Shown piece by piece: positions 37,866 to 50,072 of a stretch of 64,000 nt of DNA. The stretch is from Hydrolagus affinis (taxonomy: Eukaryota): positions 1 through 64,000 of the forward strand of contig JAAILG010000002.1 of NCBI GenBank assembly GCA_012026655.1, read 5' to 3'. The stretch's first letter is position 1. The number at the start of each line of letters is the position of its first letter. The position numbers were made by a program, and so were the translations under genes. Below the pieces are notes generated by a model. It had not been told where the DNA came from and did no database searches. It saw only the letters and a program-made list of their open reading frames with translations.

Positions 37866-38802
37866 TGGCCTATGTCATTTGCTCAAAATGTTAGGACAAT
37901 TTAGAAATTTCCACATGTTAGGTGGGATGCTTGGAATTCTCACCTTGGATTGGATATTGTTAAGCACAGTGATGGGTTTGTGAACGTGTCAGACACTCGG
38001 CTGATCGAAAAAACAACTCCCTTCCTTCACAAAACAGGATGACCTTGCAGTCACGCTAATTTCCTGAACAGCACCTGATTTGGAACTCAGTGAACTGTCT
38101 CCTCTGTTGCACTATCTGCTGTCGCAGAGATGAGGGTAGAAGGATTCAGGAGAGAAATCCCAACCTTTCTTTTCTGAAAACAATGAAAGAAAGAAAGGAA
38201 TAAAACGCTGTCGACTGTTTCCTTTGGAGGTGCATTTCAATTGCATTAAAATAATCACGACTTATTCGAGTTCTTATGCTGACTGTACGCAGGCACTATA
38301 GCACAGGCCCATGTGATTTACGATCAACTGTACAAGAATAATTCCAAATTAGAATGATTTATTTTTAGGATGTAAATTGTCTTGTGCATTTCTTCTTTTG
38401 TTTTAAAAATAAACGAGTCGCGCGACATTTCTAAATGCTTTCACCAGAAAGTCCTGACCCACATTCTCGGGAGTCTGCTGTGTTGACAGACAGTTTGTAG
38501 CGCGGCTTATGTTCTCTGGAGAAGTGCGAAGCCATGTTCACAGGACTACTTTCAAGGTTTCAATCAGACAGCTGTTCCATGTGACCACTCGTTCATCTTT
38601 GATGAATCATTCATAAAGAAGAGCCACACAGAGAGCATAAAGACATCCCATGATACGATATGAATCCAGAGTACTCCCAGAGAGGTCCTCGTGTAAGGCT
38701 GTATTTACTCAATCGAGAGCACCTCACCCAAACAGCACATGGAATTTAGTCACTCACGGAATACTGCAGCATTCTCACATCTCAAAAGAGAACTCTGATT
38801 GT

Positions 38803-39144
38803 AACTCCTGTGGCTCAGTGGCTACAGCACTCGCCTTGCAAAGCGTGAGTGAGACCTGTATTCGAATCCAGGCAGGTCAGGGCGAAACCTTGGGCAAGTT
38901 TCCTTACTCTACATGCCTAATAATAATCCCCTCCGAAAAAAACCCAACAGTAAAAAAAAATTGGTAATTTCAATCCACGACTGTTTGTGGGACACTGCTG
39001 TGCGCAATTGGCTGCCGGGTATCGCCCACAAAAATATACTGTCAGTTCACTTTACAGTACATATTCTGTGAAGCACTTTGAGACGTCGATAAGATGTGAA
39101 AAGCGCTATATCAAATGCAAGGATTATTTTTATTATTATTATTT
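38803..39144 (+). mobile_element. Full-length young tRNA-derived SINE (short-centre subfamily)
   Basis: TGGCTCAGTGG, CTCGCCTTGCAA anticodon arm, TTCGAATCC B box, conserved body and tail. Confidence 0.95.
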
Positions 39145-40699
39145 GACGAGGGCAGCCCTGCGTTTGACAGCCAAATGGAGATGTGTTATTTACATACAAC
39201 AATGAGGGTTTTTTTTTTGCTCCTTCCAATGGTAACTTTTACATGGTAACCATATGAGGTGAAGGCACTTCACATTCAAACTCAAGGCGAAAGCAATCTT
39301 AAGTCCAACTACACACGTTCAACTGAATACCATCCGCATGAGAGAAATCTGCACCAATACTACAGCATGTTTCTCAATAGCTTGACAATGCCAGAGGGCT
39401 GGATCATAGAGGGCACAACGATGACAATCACCTCTGCGTGAGAGTTTCATGGGAAAAGATGAGACAGAAATCTTCGCAACTCGATGATTTAAGGTTGAAT
39501 CTATCTTTTTTTTTGCCAGATCACAAATTTAAATAAATTGCTCCATCGTCAGTTAAATGGCTTCAAGCCTGTCCTTTATTCTGAAATACCTGCAGCCTCT
39601 TTATGCCCTATTCTTAGTTTGGAGCATTGAGGAACATTTTTCATGTCTATTTCTTCAACTCTTTTGTCTTTTCTGGGTCAAAGCACGGATACCTGGTAAG
39701 GTCACCTTTTCAATTACATTACGAGAGCAATGCAGATGATCACAGCTGAAGAAAAAAAAGTCATCCCATATTCAGCGATAACTCAATCTTGGAGGAAAGA
39801 ATAAAAATATGATATAAGCCTATTTCACTAGGATTTTTTGCACCTCTGAACTCTGTGATGCACAACTGCGCTGCAGAAATATCTGCGGTCCCACACAAAA
39901 TAATAGATTTTCTTTATTGCTCATCAATATTCGTGGGCAATGAATGATTTGCTTGTGGTCATTACAAACCATAGGCTATTTTCTGGTCTAAAAAAACAGC
40001 AATAAAAACATTCCGACTCTCATAATACTTAAGTGCACAAATACAGAACCAACGCTAACTGGCGTTTACAGAAATGACCTTGATTTGGCTGTTAAGTTCT
40101 CAGCTTTTGGCTCCGGGCACTCTAAGTTATAACTCACTCTGTCATTCCTACACCCCTCTGGGAAATAGTTCACCACTATACCCTTCAGCTTTCAGTCAAT
40201 ATTTGTACACAGTGTGTGCGTTCTCTTCAGAAAATTTCAAAATTCTTATTGCATTATATATAATATAAATACAGTATTGTGTATATATAATACTGTACAT
40301 ACATGGAGCTCTGCTTCAAATTCATCAATAAACCTAGTTTCTCAGGTTCTAACCTGGGTTTTGATTGCATTCAATCAGTTCTCAGGAGTCAAAATTTAGG
40401 CTGACCTCTTGCCATTTCTGCTGTCGTATGAAAGAAATTACAATTGTTACGCACTTTAAACCCTATCTTCCCATCAAGAGGTAGCGCAAATACAATGTAA
40501 AGAAATCTCAATTCAATTTGATGTCGGCCTCCAAAAAAAACACACACACATTCTGCCTTGCACTGTTTCATGGATGTGTACGTGCGTCCATTGCAGGTCA
40601 CTGCACAAGTTAAATGAACAGCCTCGTAAAATGCAGGAATAATCCAACTAAGATGGGTCCAATTTCCTAGTAGCAGTGCTCTAAAGTGAAATGTAATCA

Positions 40700-41010
40700 A
40701 AACTGCCCTCTGTGCTTTCCGAGCGCGCCCTCTCCTTTCTGCCCCCGAGACCTGAGGCAGGCAGACATCCCGCGCTTTTAAAATGGTTTTCTTTCATTAC
40801 AATGCAAGTATTCCAGGAACCGGCTTGCTCCGTAAAAGTTATCTGTAATCTAAATCGAACACATGGGATTTTCCACAGGAAATCGTCGAGTGTAATGAAA
40901 CATCAGGCACAAACGGCTGGGGAAAGGTGCCAGCCGGCTGCCAGGTCACTTCAGAAAATGAACTCAACAGGCACAGCCTCAAAACTGTGTTTGTCCTGAA
41001 TAGCGCGAGG
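40700..41010. promoter_or_regulatory. Candidate enhancer (CpG-retaining, STAT and NF-kB motifs)
   Basis: TTCCAGGAA 40811-40819, GGGATTTTCC 40865-40874; elevated CpG and no recognised repeat. Confidence 0.3.
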
Positions 41011-41382
41011 TTTTGCATTTGAGAATTATTTTCCCTCTGCTTGACTCACACCGTTAAGGATAAACAAGTGAAGACACCCACATTAGTCTTTGATTCTTAT
41101 TCCTCCCTGAGAAAATGTCCAAGGTTAACATGGTGCATTGCAACCTTTCTCTTTTTTAAGTCAGCAGCAATGTAACTCTGGACTGGTTGGTCAGAGATAA
41201 AGAAGCTTGGAGTTGGCAGAGAGTTGATAGCAAAGGGTTGTCTGCCGTGCTCATGCCTAGGGAATGCTGTACACAGGATAATCCCGACTTCTGGTACAAG
41301 AGAATTAAGTAAAGAAGCAGCAAGCAACATGAAATGACTTAAAAGCAAGAGTGAAAGAAAGACCTTCAGTTGATTGATAATA

Positions 41383-41502
41383 AATAATAATAATAATCCT
41401 TGCATTTTAATATTAGCGGCTTATCACGTCTTTCAGACGGCTCAAAGCGCTTCACAGAATATACCGTAAAGTGAATTGACTGTATACTTTGCGGGAGAAA
41501 CA
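41383..41502 (-). mobile_element. Young SINE 3' end
   Basis: (AAT)n CCTTGCATTT...CTCAAAGCGCTTCACAGAATATACCGTAAAGTGAATTGACTG. Confidence 0.9.
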
Positions 41503-42574
41503 CCAGATATCTTTCAACACAGGGGCATGCACTTCAACTCACCAAAGCTAAATTCATTCACATTGCTCGGGTGCTTAAAAGATATTGAAACAAAACCTTG
41601 ACAAATTTTTAACATGTTACCTATTTTATTTATAGATATAGATTAGTGACAGTCGATACCAGAATATTCTAGAATGCAGAAAAGCTGATAATTTGACCAC
41701 AACAACACCATCTGCCTATGATCCTGTGATCTATAGGTTTTAACGTGAACTCAATTTACTCCCTATCTACAGCGTGCACAGTTAATGCGTTAAAAAGACT
41801 TGTAGTTCAAGCAATTTTGCTCGAAATTTCTCTAAATACTGCATTTTGAGAATCATTACATTCACTTAAGGCACAAAATGCATTTCCAACCCCATGGGAT
41901 TCCACTCTGTTCCCAGGTGTTTGGCATTTGGCAGCGATCACAGAGCCATTTAAGCTGCGTTGACAGGCAAAGCATGGTTCACTACCCTGTGCTCAAAAGG
42001 AACAAAATATCAAACCCATTAGATCCTGATGATCAAAACACATTTACTTAACTCAAAGTGGCACTTTATTTACCACCGAGACAGAAACTAGGAATGAAGA
42101 GGTTTCTAATCAAGTTCTCCCACAAAGCTGTAATTCCGAGGTTTGCATAATGTAACCATGTTTGGATTCAGTCTTTGATTCTTTACCTACCAGGTTTGAG
42201 AAGGCTGCTGCAGCCCTGACCTTTCCTTAACATACTATTCACACAGTTAGTTTTGTAGCTTGTTCCTATCTTAATAATAAAAACATGATAATGCCGTTTC
42301 CTGCTCAGAATATGAAACGCTTGTGAATCGATGTGTGGAATTCCACCAACGTTAACAAAGTTTCCTGGTAAAGCCAAATGAAAACATTCCAAAAAGGAAA
42401 TCAGCAAATTAACGGGCCGAAAGAATGCCAGACAGAACTTGATCGTGGAAAAATTCAAGGTTGCATTGATAGTTATCAGAACGCTGAAACACTCACGCAA
42501 TTTAACTAGAGTACATACACAGCTGAGCTGTCATTGATATCTGGGGAAAAAAAGTACAGTCATCAAAATTATCC

Positions 42575-42672
42575 TACAAAATGATCACTACATTTCACTG
42601 CAAATCCTGTGAAGCACTTTGACACGTTCTCCAAAATGCGAAGGATAGTTCATTAAATACAAGGATTATTAC
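42575..42672 (+). mobile_element. Degraded SINE 3' end
   Basis: CTGTGAAGCACTTTGACACG...AAATACAAGGATTATTA. Confidence 0.65.
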
Positions 42673-43021
42673 TATCCAGCCAATTTGTTGGCAACAAACC
42701 AAATTAACAGGATGTCTCTGCTGATGAACGAAGGTTCCCGACCATAGGAATTCAGCAACTTATTCCTGGGAAAGTCAGGGCTGAATTCCCAAAGGTCGAA
42801 ATACCGTTTACCGTGCGCAATAAACTTCCCGCTAAAGTATTTTCTCTGTTGAGTAATTGAAAGTTATTTCAAATCACACAAAACACATCGGCCCCTTTCG
42901 ATTTCTCTTCAAAAGCAGACAGATTTGAGCCAGCCGAGAGCAGGTGGCAAAACTCAGTTAAATGGACAGTGCTCGATCAGGATAAACTCTTAACTCAGAT
43001 ATATGGTTAAGCGCCATTCAG

Positions 43022-43070
43022 TAGATTCATAAAATCCTACCGGCGCAGAAACAGGCCATTCGGTCAATCT
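43022..43070 (-). mobile_element. CR1 3' terminal fragment
   Basis: ATTCATAAAATCCTACCGGCGCAGAAACAGGCCATTCGG. Confidence 0.5.
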
Positions 43071-43134
43071 ATTGGTTTCCATATACAATTCCACTCACTT
43101 CACACTCCCCTTAATTCCTCCTTTTCAAGCATTT

Positions 43135-43220
43135 GAGAGAGAAGGTCAAAGAGGTGGGGGAGGAGGGGTGCAGAGGAGTGAAGGGATTTGAACACAAGAG
43201 TGAGGATCTTGAAATCGAAT
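43135..43220 (-). mobile_element. L2 LINE ORF2 fragment
   Basis: Reverse translation FDFKILTLVFKSLHSSAPLLPHLFDLL matches the L2 motif RI.FKIL.L.FK.LH..AP.YL..LL. Confidence 0.75.
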
Positions 43221-46195
43221 TTATTCAGTCAGGGTTTATTCAGCTTTAAAGCCTAAAAGAATGTGGATTTAAAAATAAAATAAAAACCTGATCTGGATTA
43301 GCAAAAAGCAAATACGCAGGTCTGTCCTTTACAAGGTGAGGCTTCTCGGTGCTAGCAATATTTTCCCACTATCTAAATTGATTAAAGTGCCCCAGGATTG
43401 GTATGAGTGCATTTGATGTACAGAAAAACTCCTTTGTTCCTGTGATGTATCTTATTAATTCTGACAGAGCCACCCTCTTGTATTGTCTACTGTGCCTTTT
43501 CTTTCTCACATAGTAAACATCCTAGGATGAACAATTTTCTGCTGTGGGTTCATGCCAACTCGAAATGGAATGAAAGTGCCCAAACTAATTTTACATGAAT
43601 CTGAGCAGTCGGAGAGAAGAGACTTTCATCCCCTGTGGCCACAAATTGAACCCAAGTTACAGAAGTGAAGAAACAGCATTTACCTCCCTCTCCTCAAAAC
43701 AATGTAAAACTCGCACTTCATTTTAGTACAGATAGCAGGTCCACCCGAATCCATATAATAATGCCAGGAGCTAATATAGAAATAGGTTAAATGCTTAATG
43801 GGGCTGAGAGGTTTTCTTTACAATATAAACGAGAGGGACATTTGAATCTAAACTGGATCCAATCAATGAAATTAATTTAAATGAATCCAATTCAAGTCAC
43901 GGTAGGCTCAGAATTCAATTTAATAATTTCCCAATCTAACACACAACATTTGATACCTTCTCCGACCCTGAATTGTTGACAATTTGAGGAACAGCAACTT
44001 AGCGGGAGCACTGACAGACATGAATGAACAGTTTAGAGGGAGAGTGACGTGTCGAGCTTTGCTTGGTGTGGAGGAAATTTAGTTTGTGGTGCGAATACTC
44101 AATTCAAAATGGATTTGATGCAACAAAATAGGCTGGAAAAAAAATGAACAGCACATATCTTTCGGGGACCTTCTTTTCCCCCACCCAACCCTCCGGATTG
44201 GCCTAAACAAGCTCAATTTGTTAAAATTCATAGTCTCATTACTCATGTGTACTGGAATTGTTCTTTGATTCAATGCTCAGGCAGTTTAAATGAACTGCAA
44301 TTTTTAACTAATAGGAACGAGTTGCAATTAAAGGATAGACTGTACTGTTTTGCATATCACACAACACACTGGGGCACAGAGTACAAGGAACGACTGGAAA
44401 ACAATCTGACAGATGCAGCCTTTGATTGTTCCCTCCCTCCCACCCCCACAACCCCCCACTCTCTCCTTGCTCTAATCACAGCGCTGCAGCATTGATTCAG
44501 AACACGCCAGCCCATGAAAAATGTCACCGTTTTTGTCGATGTCACTGGATCCATTCGCAATTTCAGCTCTCGCTGGATGCACACAAGGGTGATAAGGCAC
44601 TACATCCTGCCATGCTCAGCAGGTTTTTCATTTCCTCTTGCAATTACACATCAAACTGTTTTAGCTTCACACGCTTCTCCAGTCTAAATGGCCTCAAGGC
44701 TCAGGCACTGACTTGCACACTGATGAAATCTCTCCAGAGCACGTTTCAAAATTAAGTACAAAGGGCTTTGAAATTGAAGTTGCTGATTTCTTTTAAGCTT
44801 GGTGCATTGGTGCTCAGCTCCCATACTAACCCCATTAAAAATGATTTTTCCCTTCAAACATAATCTGAATTAATCTGCAGATCACAGTATGGGGGGGTGT
44901 GGGGGGGGTGGTGGAGGTTGGGGTTGGGGGAGAAAATATTGTATAAATTGGTCAAAATTGGTTCATCTCATCTCTTGTTGCTTGGTTTCGAAAACCGGAA
45001 AATGTTAGCTGGCTTATCAATGTTCTGCGTTTACATACCAAATTTTCTTTCAAGCTTTATTACTAATAATAAATTTAGGGAAAGAATCCCAGTTTACATT
45101 ACCTTCCATATAAATTAACGCACAAAAACAATAATAGTAGCTAAGTAAGTGTGAAGTTTGCAGTTTTAATAGATTTACCCTTTCAAGACTTCACATTTAA
45201 AAATGCCTCAGGGAACTATTTTTGTGTAAAATATTTATAGAATGTTATTTAATATGGGTAAACGTGGAAAATTGTCTCGTGCATGACCACGCGTAAAGGG
45301 CACTCCTGTATGTAAATGCCAACTTGTTATTGCCGTTGTTGCATTACAACTCTTCCTGCAATTCTCTAAATGAAACAGGAACATGTTGCTTGGCTGCACT
45401 TAAATAGAATCTTTAGATTTTTAAAACCAATGAGCAAAAGAAATCGAGCTCAGAATCCAAACACATTGCTTTTTGTTAAACTTTAGATCAAGTTCATTTT
45501 TTTTTATTTTGAGAAAGCAACTACTCCTCCATCGTTAATGTCCCAGTTACAATTGAGTAGGTGAAGTGTCAGTCAAAGTAAGTCAACTGACATACACCAA
45601 TTAATCACATGTCACCCATTAAATAATGGATTCCAGCAAGAAAGCATTCAGTAGAATGCAAATCAGCGTGTAAACACCAAGTGTGTCGCTCCTTTTGACT
45701 ATTTTAGTTCACAGATTCTTGGTGACCTGTGAAGTGAGTTCCTTGAACAATGTTGGCAATAATCTACTTCTACTGTCAACAGGCTTTCACAACAAGAAAG
45801 GCCATGTTTGGGGCCCTGAAATTTCTCTTTGATTTCTATTCAATTGCCACGTTTTGACATTTCTAGCTACACTGACACAGAAACAGTGAAATATTGAAAG
45901 GTTGCTATCGACTATATATGCTGTGTTGATGCACTGAATATATAGAATAGGAAAAAGTGCTGGAGGAAAAATAGTACAGTACCTACATAGAGCTTGTACA
46001 ATTTACAGCAATGCATTTGTTAATGTTATAAATAAGGACACAAACAACTCAAAGCAAAAGAAACAAGTCATACATGACTGAATGAAAACTTGCAATTCTC
46101 ATTAATTTTGATGGAAATGTATAATGTATAAGTAAATACATTTCAACATATGCTTCATGAGTCTTCAATTGTCACGTTCATCAAGTGAACAGAAC

Positions 46196-46340
46196 TCAAT
46201 CCACGACTGTTTGTGAGACACCGCTGTCACATTTCACACAAAAAATATAGTTAATTTACTTTACAGTATATTCTGTGAAGCGCTTTGAGATGTCTCAAAG
46301 CTGTGATAAGGTTCTATATAAAATGGAAGGATTATTATTA
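46196..46340 (+). mobile_element. Young SINE 3' half
   Basis: TCAATCCACGACTGTTTGTGAGAC...GTGAAGCGCTTTGAGATG...AAGGATTATTATTA. Confidence 0.9.
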
Positions 46341-46349
46341 CTATATATA

Positions 46350-46554
46350 CAATAAAAGCCTGTTTATCCAGCACCCTCAGGACGTGGCCAATGCCGGTTA
46401 AAGCGTCTGCCGGATATTCGGCCAAAAACGCAAAAAAAATTAAAATGCATTTTTCCGGATAAATTCCGGTTAATTGAATGCGGACTTTTTTTTTCCATGC
46501 TGGATAAATGGAAGTTACAGTTGACCGGGTGGCCGGATAAATGGGCTTTTACTG
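46350..46554. mobile_element. Tc1/mariner (Tigger/pogo-like) MITE, 205 bp
   Basis: TA-flanked; TIRs CAATAAAAGCCTGTTTATCCAGC / GCCGGATAAATGGGCTTTTACTG; internal CCGGATAA-like repeats. Confidence 0.88.
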
Positions 46555-47099
46555 TACTACATTATCTTAGCGCCAATAACATGGGGTAGACTCCTGCAAT
46601 ATTTAGTCCAACTCTTCTCTTCCTTGCAAATTGCAGATAAAAGAATGTGCTGACACTTACTCAAAACTCATAAAACTCTTTCAGTTGTGAAACACAAATG
46701 ACAGCTTCTTGGAACTCTCATTAATTTTGTGTCCCCTTAATGTCACATTTTAATCTGGATAATTCTTCATACCCTTCATTATTCCGCCATTGTTAGGCAT
46801 TATTTTGTCAGGCATCAGAAACATTTCATGCTCTAAGTCTTTCCTCACCAGCAACCCTCCCCCCACCACCCCTCCCCACCTCCACCACCCCCCTCCCCCC
46901 CAACAAACAACGGTCATTGGCATTAAAGTGGTTTTCCACAAAGAATTTTGCATAAATGATCAGAATTTGCTGAAGCCTGCTGCTACAGGATATGCTTTGA
47001 ACTAGTGAATTACATCCATAGCATGTTGCACTTAGCAATGCACTTAAATCCAATCTTTAGCTCGGAAAGATGTATGCTATATTGATAATAGTAATAATA

Positions 47100-47508
47100 C
47101 TAACAAAAAACAACCTTCATATTTGACAGAATGCCTTTCATGTGAGGAGGACAGCTCAAAGCACTTGACGGGAATTGTTGTTATATTCGGTGGCTGTGGA
47201 TTTTGTCAGTGAATCCGGCAGGCAATTTGTGCACAAACAGCCATGAAGTAAATTAGCAGTTTTTAATCTACCGGGAGAAACTCTTCTCCTCTTTTCAAAT
47301 AGTGCCGAGGGATCTTTCATGTCCATTGAACAGGCGGGTTGGACCTCGGTTTAACATCTCGTCCAAAGGATCTCAGACAATGCAGTGATTCCCCAGCGCC
47401 TCACTTGAGCAGCAGCCTAGACATCATCATTCAAAATTTCCATGTGGGGCTTGAACTCACAATCTTCTTACTCAAAGGTACAGTTTTACCCACTGAGGAA
47501 GTCTGACA
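47100..47508 (-). mobile_element. Old Deu-domain SINE, full length (best Deu copy)
   Basis: Reverse reads head CTCAGTGGGTAA...GAGTTCAAGCCCCAC, then GGACGAGATGTTAAACCGAGGTCC...TGGACATGAAAGATCCCTCGGCACTATTTGAAAAGAGG. Confidence 0.88.
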
Positions 47509-48919
47509 ATTTTTGTTGCATTACTGTGAATGCCAAGTGATGCAAGTATTTTTCTTTTTTTGGCATCATAATGACACACCCAAACATTGTGCTGAGCGTT
47601 TGGCAAATGAGAAAATACCTTCAAACACTTTAGCTAAATTGGAATTGCGTGTTCGGGATAACGCTTTCTTTAAGGAGATTAACTTTTAAATACCCCGAGG
47701 CACGACAAATACACCACGTTTTGTCGCTGATGAATTGGAGGAAGATTAAAGATGAGTTCCATCAAGGACACAAACACATTTTTTTTTATTAATTATTACA
47801 TTTTCTGTCTTTTGCCATGGAAATGACATAATTTAGAAAAGACATCTGCCGTCGACACTGCAGAATTGGGACCACAGTGGAACTAAGGTGAGTAATTATG
47901 TATAGTATAGTTTTTTTTCCCAATCAACTAATAGCTTGCTTCCTGCTGAGTAGATGCCATTTGATTGACTTTGCCTTTTCCTGTCACTTTCCATGTTGTA
48001 GGTTTTCCAACTAGCTTCCTGATCATTTTGATTGCCGAATCAATTTTGTCCGAAGCAACGTGAATGAAATTTGATTTGACAGCAATATCAAAATTATTCA
48101 CTAAGAAACCAGCTATTTTAAGAAAATCACTGGTCAAATTCTGGCCTGGTGCCAAAGTACAAATAAAACGTAGCATAGAATGCTCGATCTTTCTCAATTG
48201 CTTAAAATCAATGGGAGTGATCACATAGGCACAATGCACATAGATGTACAAACCAAATAAAAGATTCCGAACATGACAAATAAAAATCAAAGGTGTAGAT
48301 TGGCAGGTTACAAGGAATTCCCTGTGCAATTTTTCAATTTCAAATGATATATCCATCAGACCAAATCTGTGGAGAGGGAATTTTTATTTTTTAAAAAAGC
48401 ATCACAAAAAATGTATTATTGTTAATCTCACCACCAGCTTCGTCATTTTTTCAAGGATGTGTTTTTCTTTCAGCCAGTTCAGAATTAATTCCCCACCATG
48501 TTTGATTTTAATACACAATGGTTTGCTTGAAGGTTAGTGTTGCTAAGCCTGATTTTTAATGGCTTTCTTTTATTTTTAGCCTACTAACTCAAATGGGTCT
48601 AAAAAAAACTATTATATTCTGCATTCTCTCTCCGATATCACACAGTGGACTACAATCTCCCAACTCTGAAATAAGTACGTACGATAATTTATTATCCGCC
48701 CATTTCTCTTCCATGGTTGTTCAATACATCTTTTGTCCCCCTGCATGTGCCAGACACTCCCGGCTCACCAAAAATACATTTTTTTTGCTGAATTTCGTGA
48801 CGTGCAAATTGGATTTTTCTTTTCTTTAATACCTTCATGCGAGCTGTGAACTGGTCAGCGCAGGAATAATTTGAGGGCCCTGGTGAGAAACCAATCATTT
48901 TGTTGAAACATGCACTATT

Positions 48920-49334
48920 ATAATAATAATCCTTATTATATATTGTGATATAGCGCTTTTCACGTCTTCTAGATGTCTCAAAGCGCTTCACAGAATATAC
49001 TATAAAGTGGATTGACTGTATATTTGTGGGCGTAACGTGGCAGCCAATTGCGCATAGCAGTGTCCCACAAACAGTCGTGGATCGAAAATGACTAATTTTA
49101 TTAAAACTTGGATTTATATAGTGTCCTCCAAGCCAGGCGGCATCTCAGAGTATTTGGCATTGTATAGTTTGGTACAGTATAGTGCTTCACATTATTATTG
49201 GTTTTTTTTGAGCGATTATTATTCGGCGTGTGGAGTAAGGAAACTTGCGCAAGGTTTCGCCCTGAGCTGCCTGGATTCGAACACAGATCTCACGCTTGTA
49301 AGGTGAGTGCTCCAACCACTGAGCTACAGGACTC
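48920..49334 (-). mobile_element. Full-length young SINE with nested insertion
   Basis: Reverse head GAGTCCTGTAGCTCAGTGG...GTTCGAATCCAGG; body interrupted at about 49105-49200 by an L2-type 3' end (GATTTATATAGTGTCCTCCAAGCCAGGCGGCATCTCAGAG). Confidence 0.93.
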
Positions 49335-49929
49335 CTACCTGTAGGACTCCCAACAGATCATTCAGTGCTTCAATCTATACTACCATATTGAATGAACTAC
49401 ATTCTCCACTGTAGTTGACTCTTCCGTATAACTCCAGCACAGATGTCACTCAGGCCAGTTTGGTGGCAATGGTTGATCAAGTGCCAACATTTCTTGTTAA
49501 CTTAACAAGAATATTTCTCATTTCCAATGACTTCCACGTACTCTCCACAGCATTCACTTGTAGATCTGGCTCTTGGAATACTTTTCATAGCTGAGTACTT
49601 ATCAGTTAATACAGCAACCCTAGTAGAACAGAAATTGAATAAGCGAAGGACGAATGCACTTGACATTTCACAAGAACCATGGGGTGTAAATGCTTTCTGT
49701 TTTGGAAAGGAATACAAAGTACCAAGGAGCTGGTGAGTATGATGAGTAACACCTTGGTCTCTTCGAAAATGTCAGATTTAATAGCAGAAGAAAATGTCCT
49801 TAAAATCAGGAATGATATTTTTTCTAAAAAAAAAGGGAAAAGGTGAGATTTTTTCCCAGACAAAACATTTTGCCAGGTTATAGAAAATTGAGGTTATGGG
49901 GAGGGGTGATTCCTTGTCTATAATCAGAC

Positions 49930-50029
49930 NNNNNNNNNNNNNNNNNNNNNNNNNNNNNNNNNNNNNNNNNNNNNNNNNNNNNNNNNNNNNNNNNNNNNNN
50001 NNNNNNNNNNNNNNNNNNNNNNNNNNNNN
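49930..50029. other. Assembly gap (100 N)
   Basis: Run of exactly 100 n, a conventional placeholder for a gap of unknown size. Confidence 0.99.
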
Positions 50030-50072
50030 TTAGGAGATTAGGAGATCATGGAGGTAGGGAGAGCAAGGTCAT
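50030..50072 (-). mobile_element. L2 ORF2 fragment abutting the gap
   Basis: Reverse translation DLALPYLHDLLIS, homologous to 28500-28545. Confidence 0.6.

Noticed and set aside
47928-48356. 142-aa ORF (and other long ORFs such as 4639-5040, 7490-7924, 37119-37544, 51106-51489)
   Set aside because: No recognisable domain or convincing splice context; lengths are compatible with chance in 64 kb, and several overlap repeats
49551-49732. Open frame ending at CTG|GTGAGT
   Set aside because: No similarity to a known protein that I can recognise
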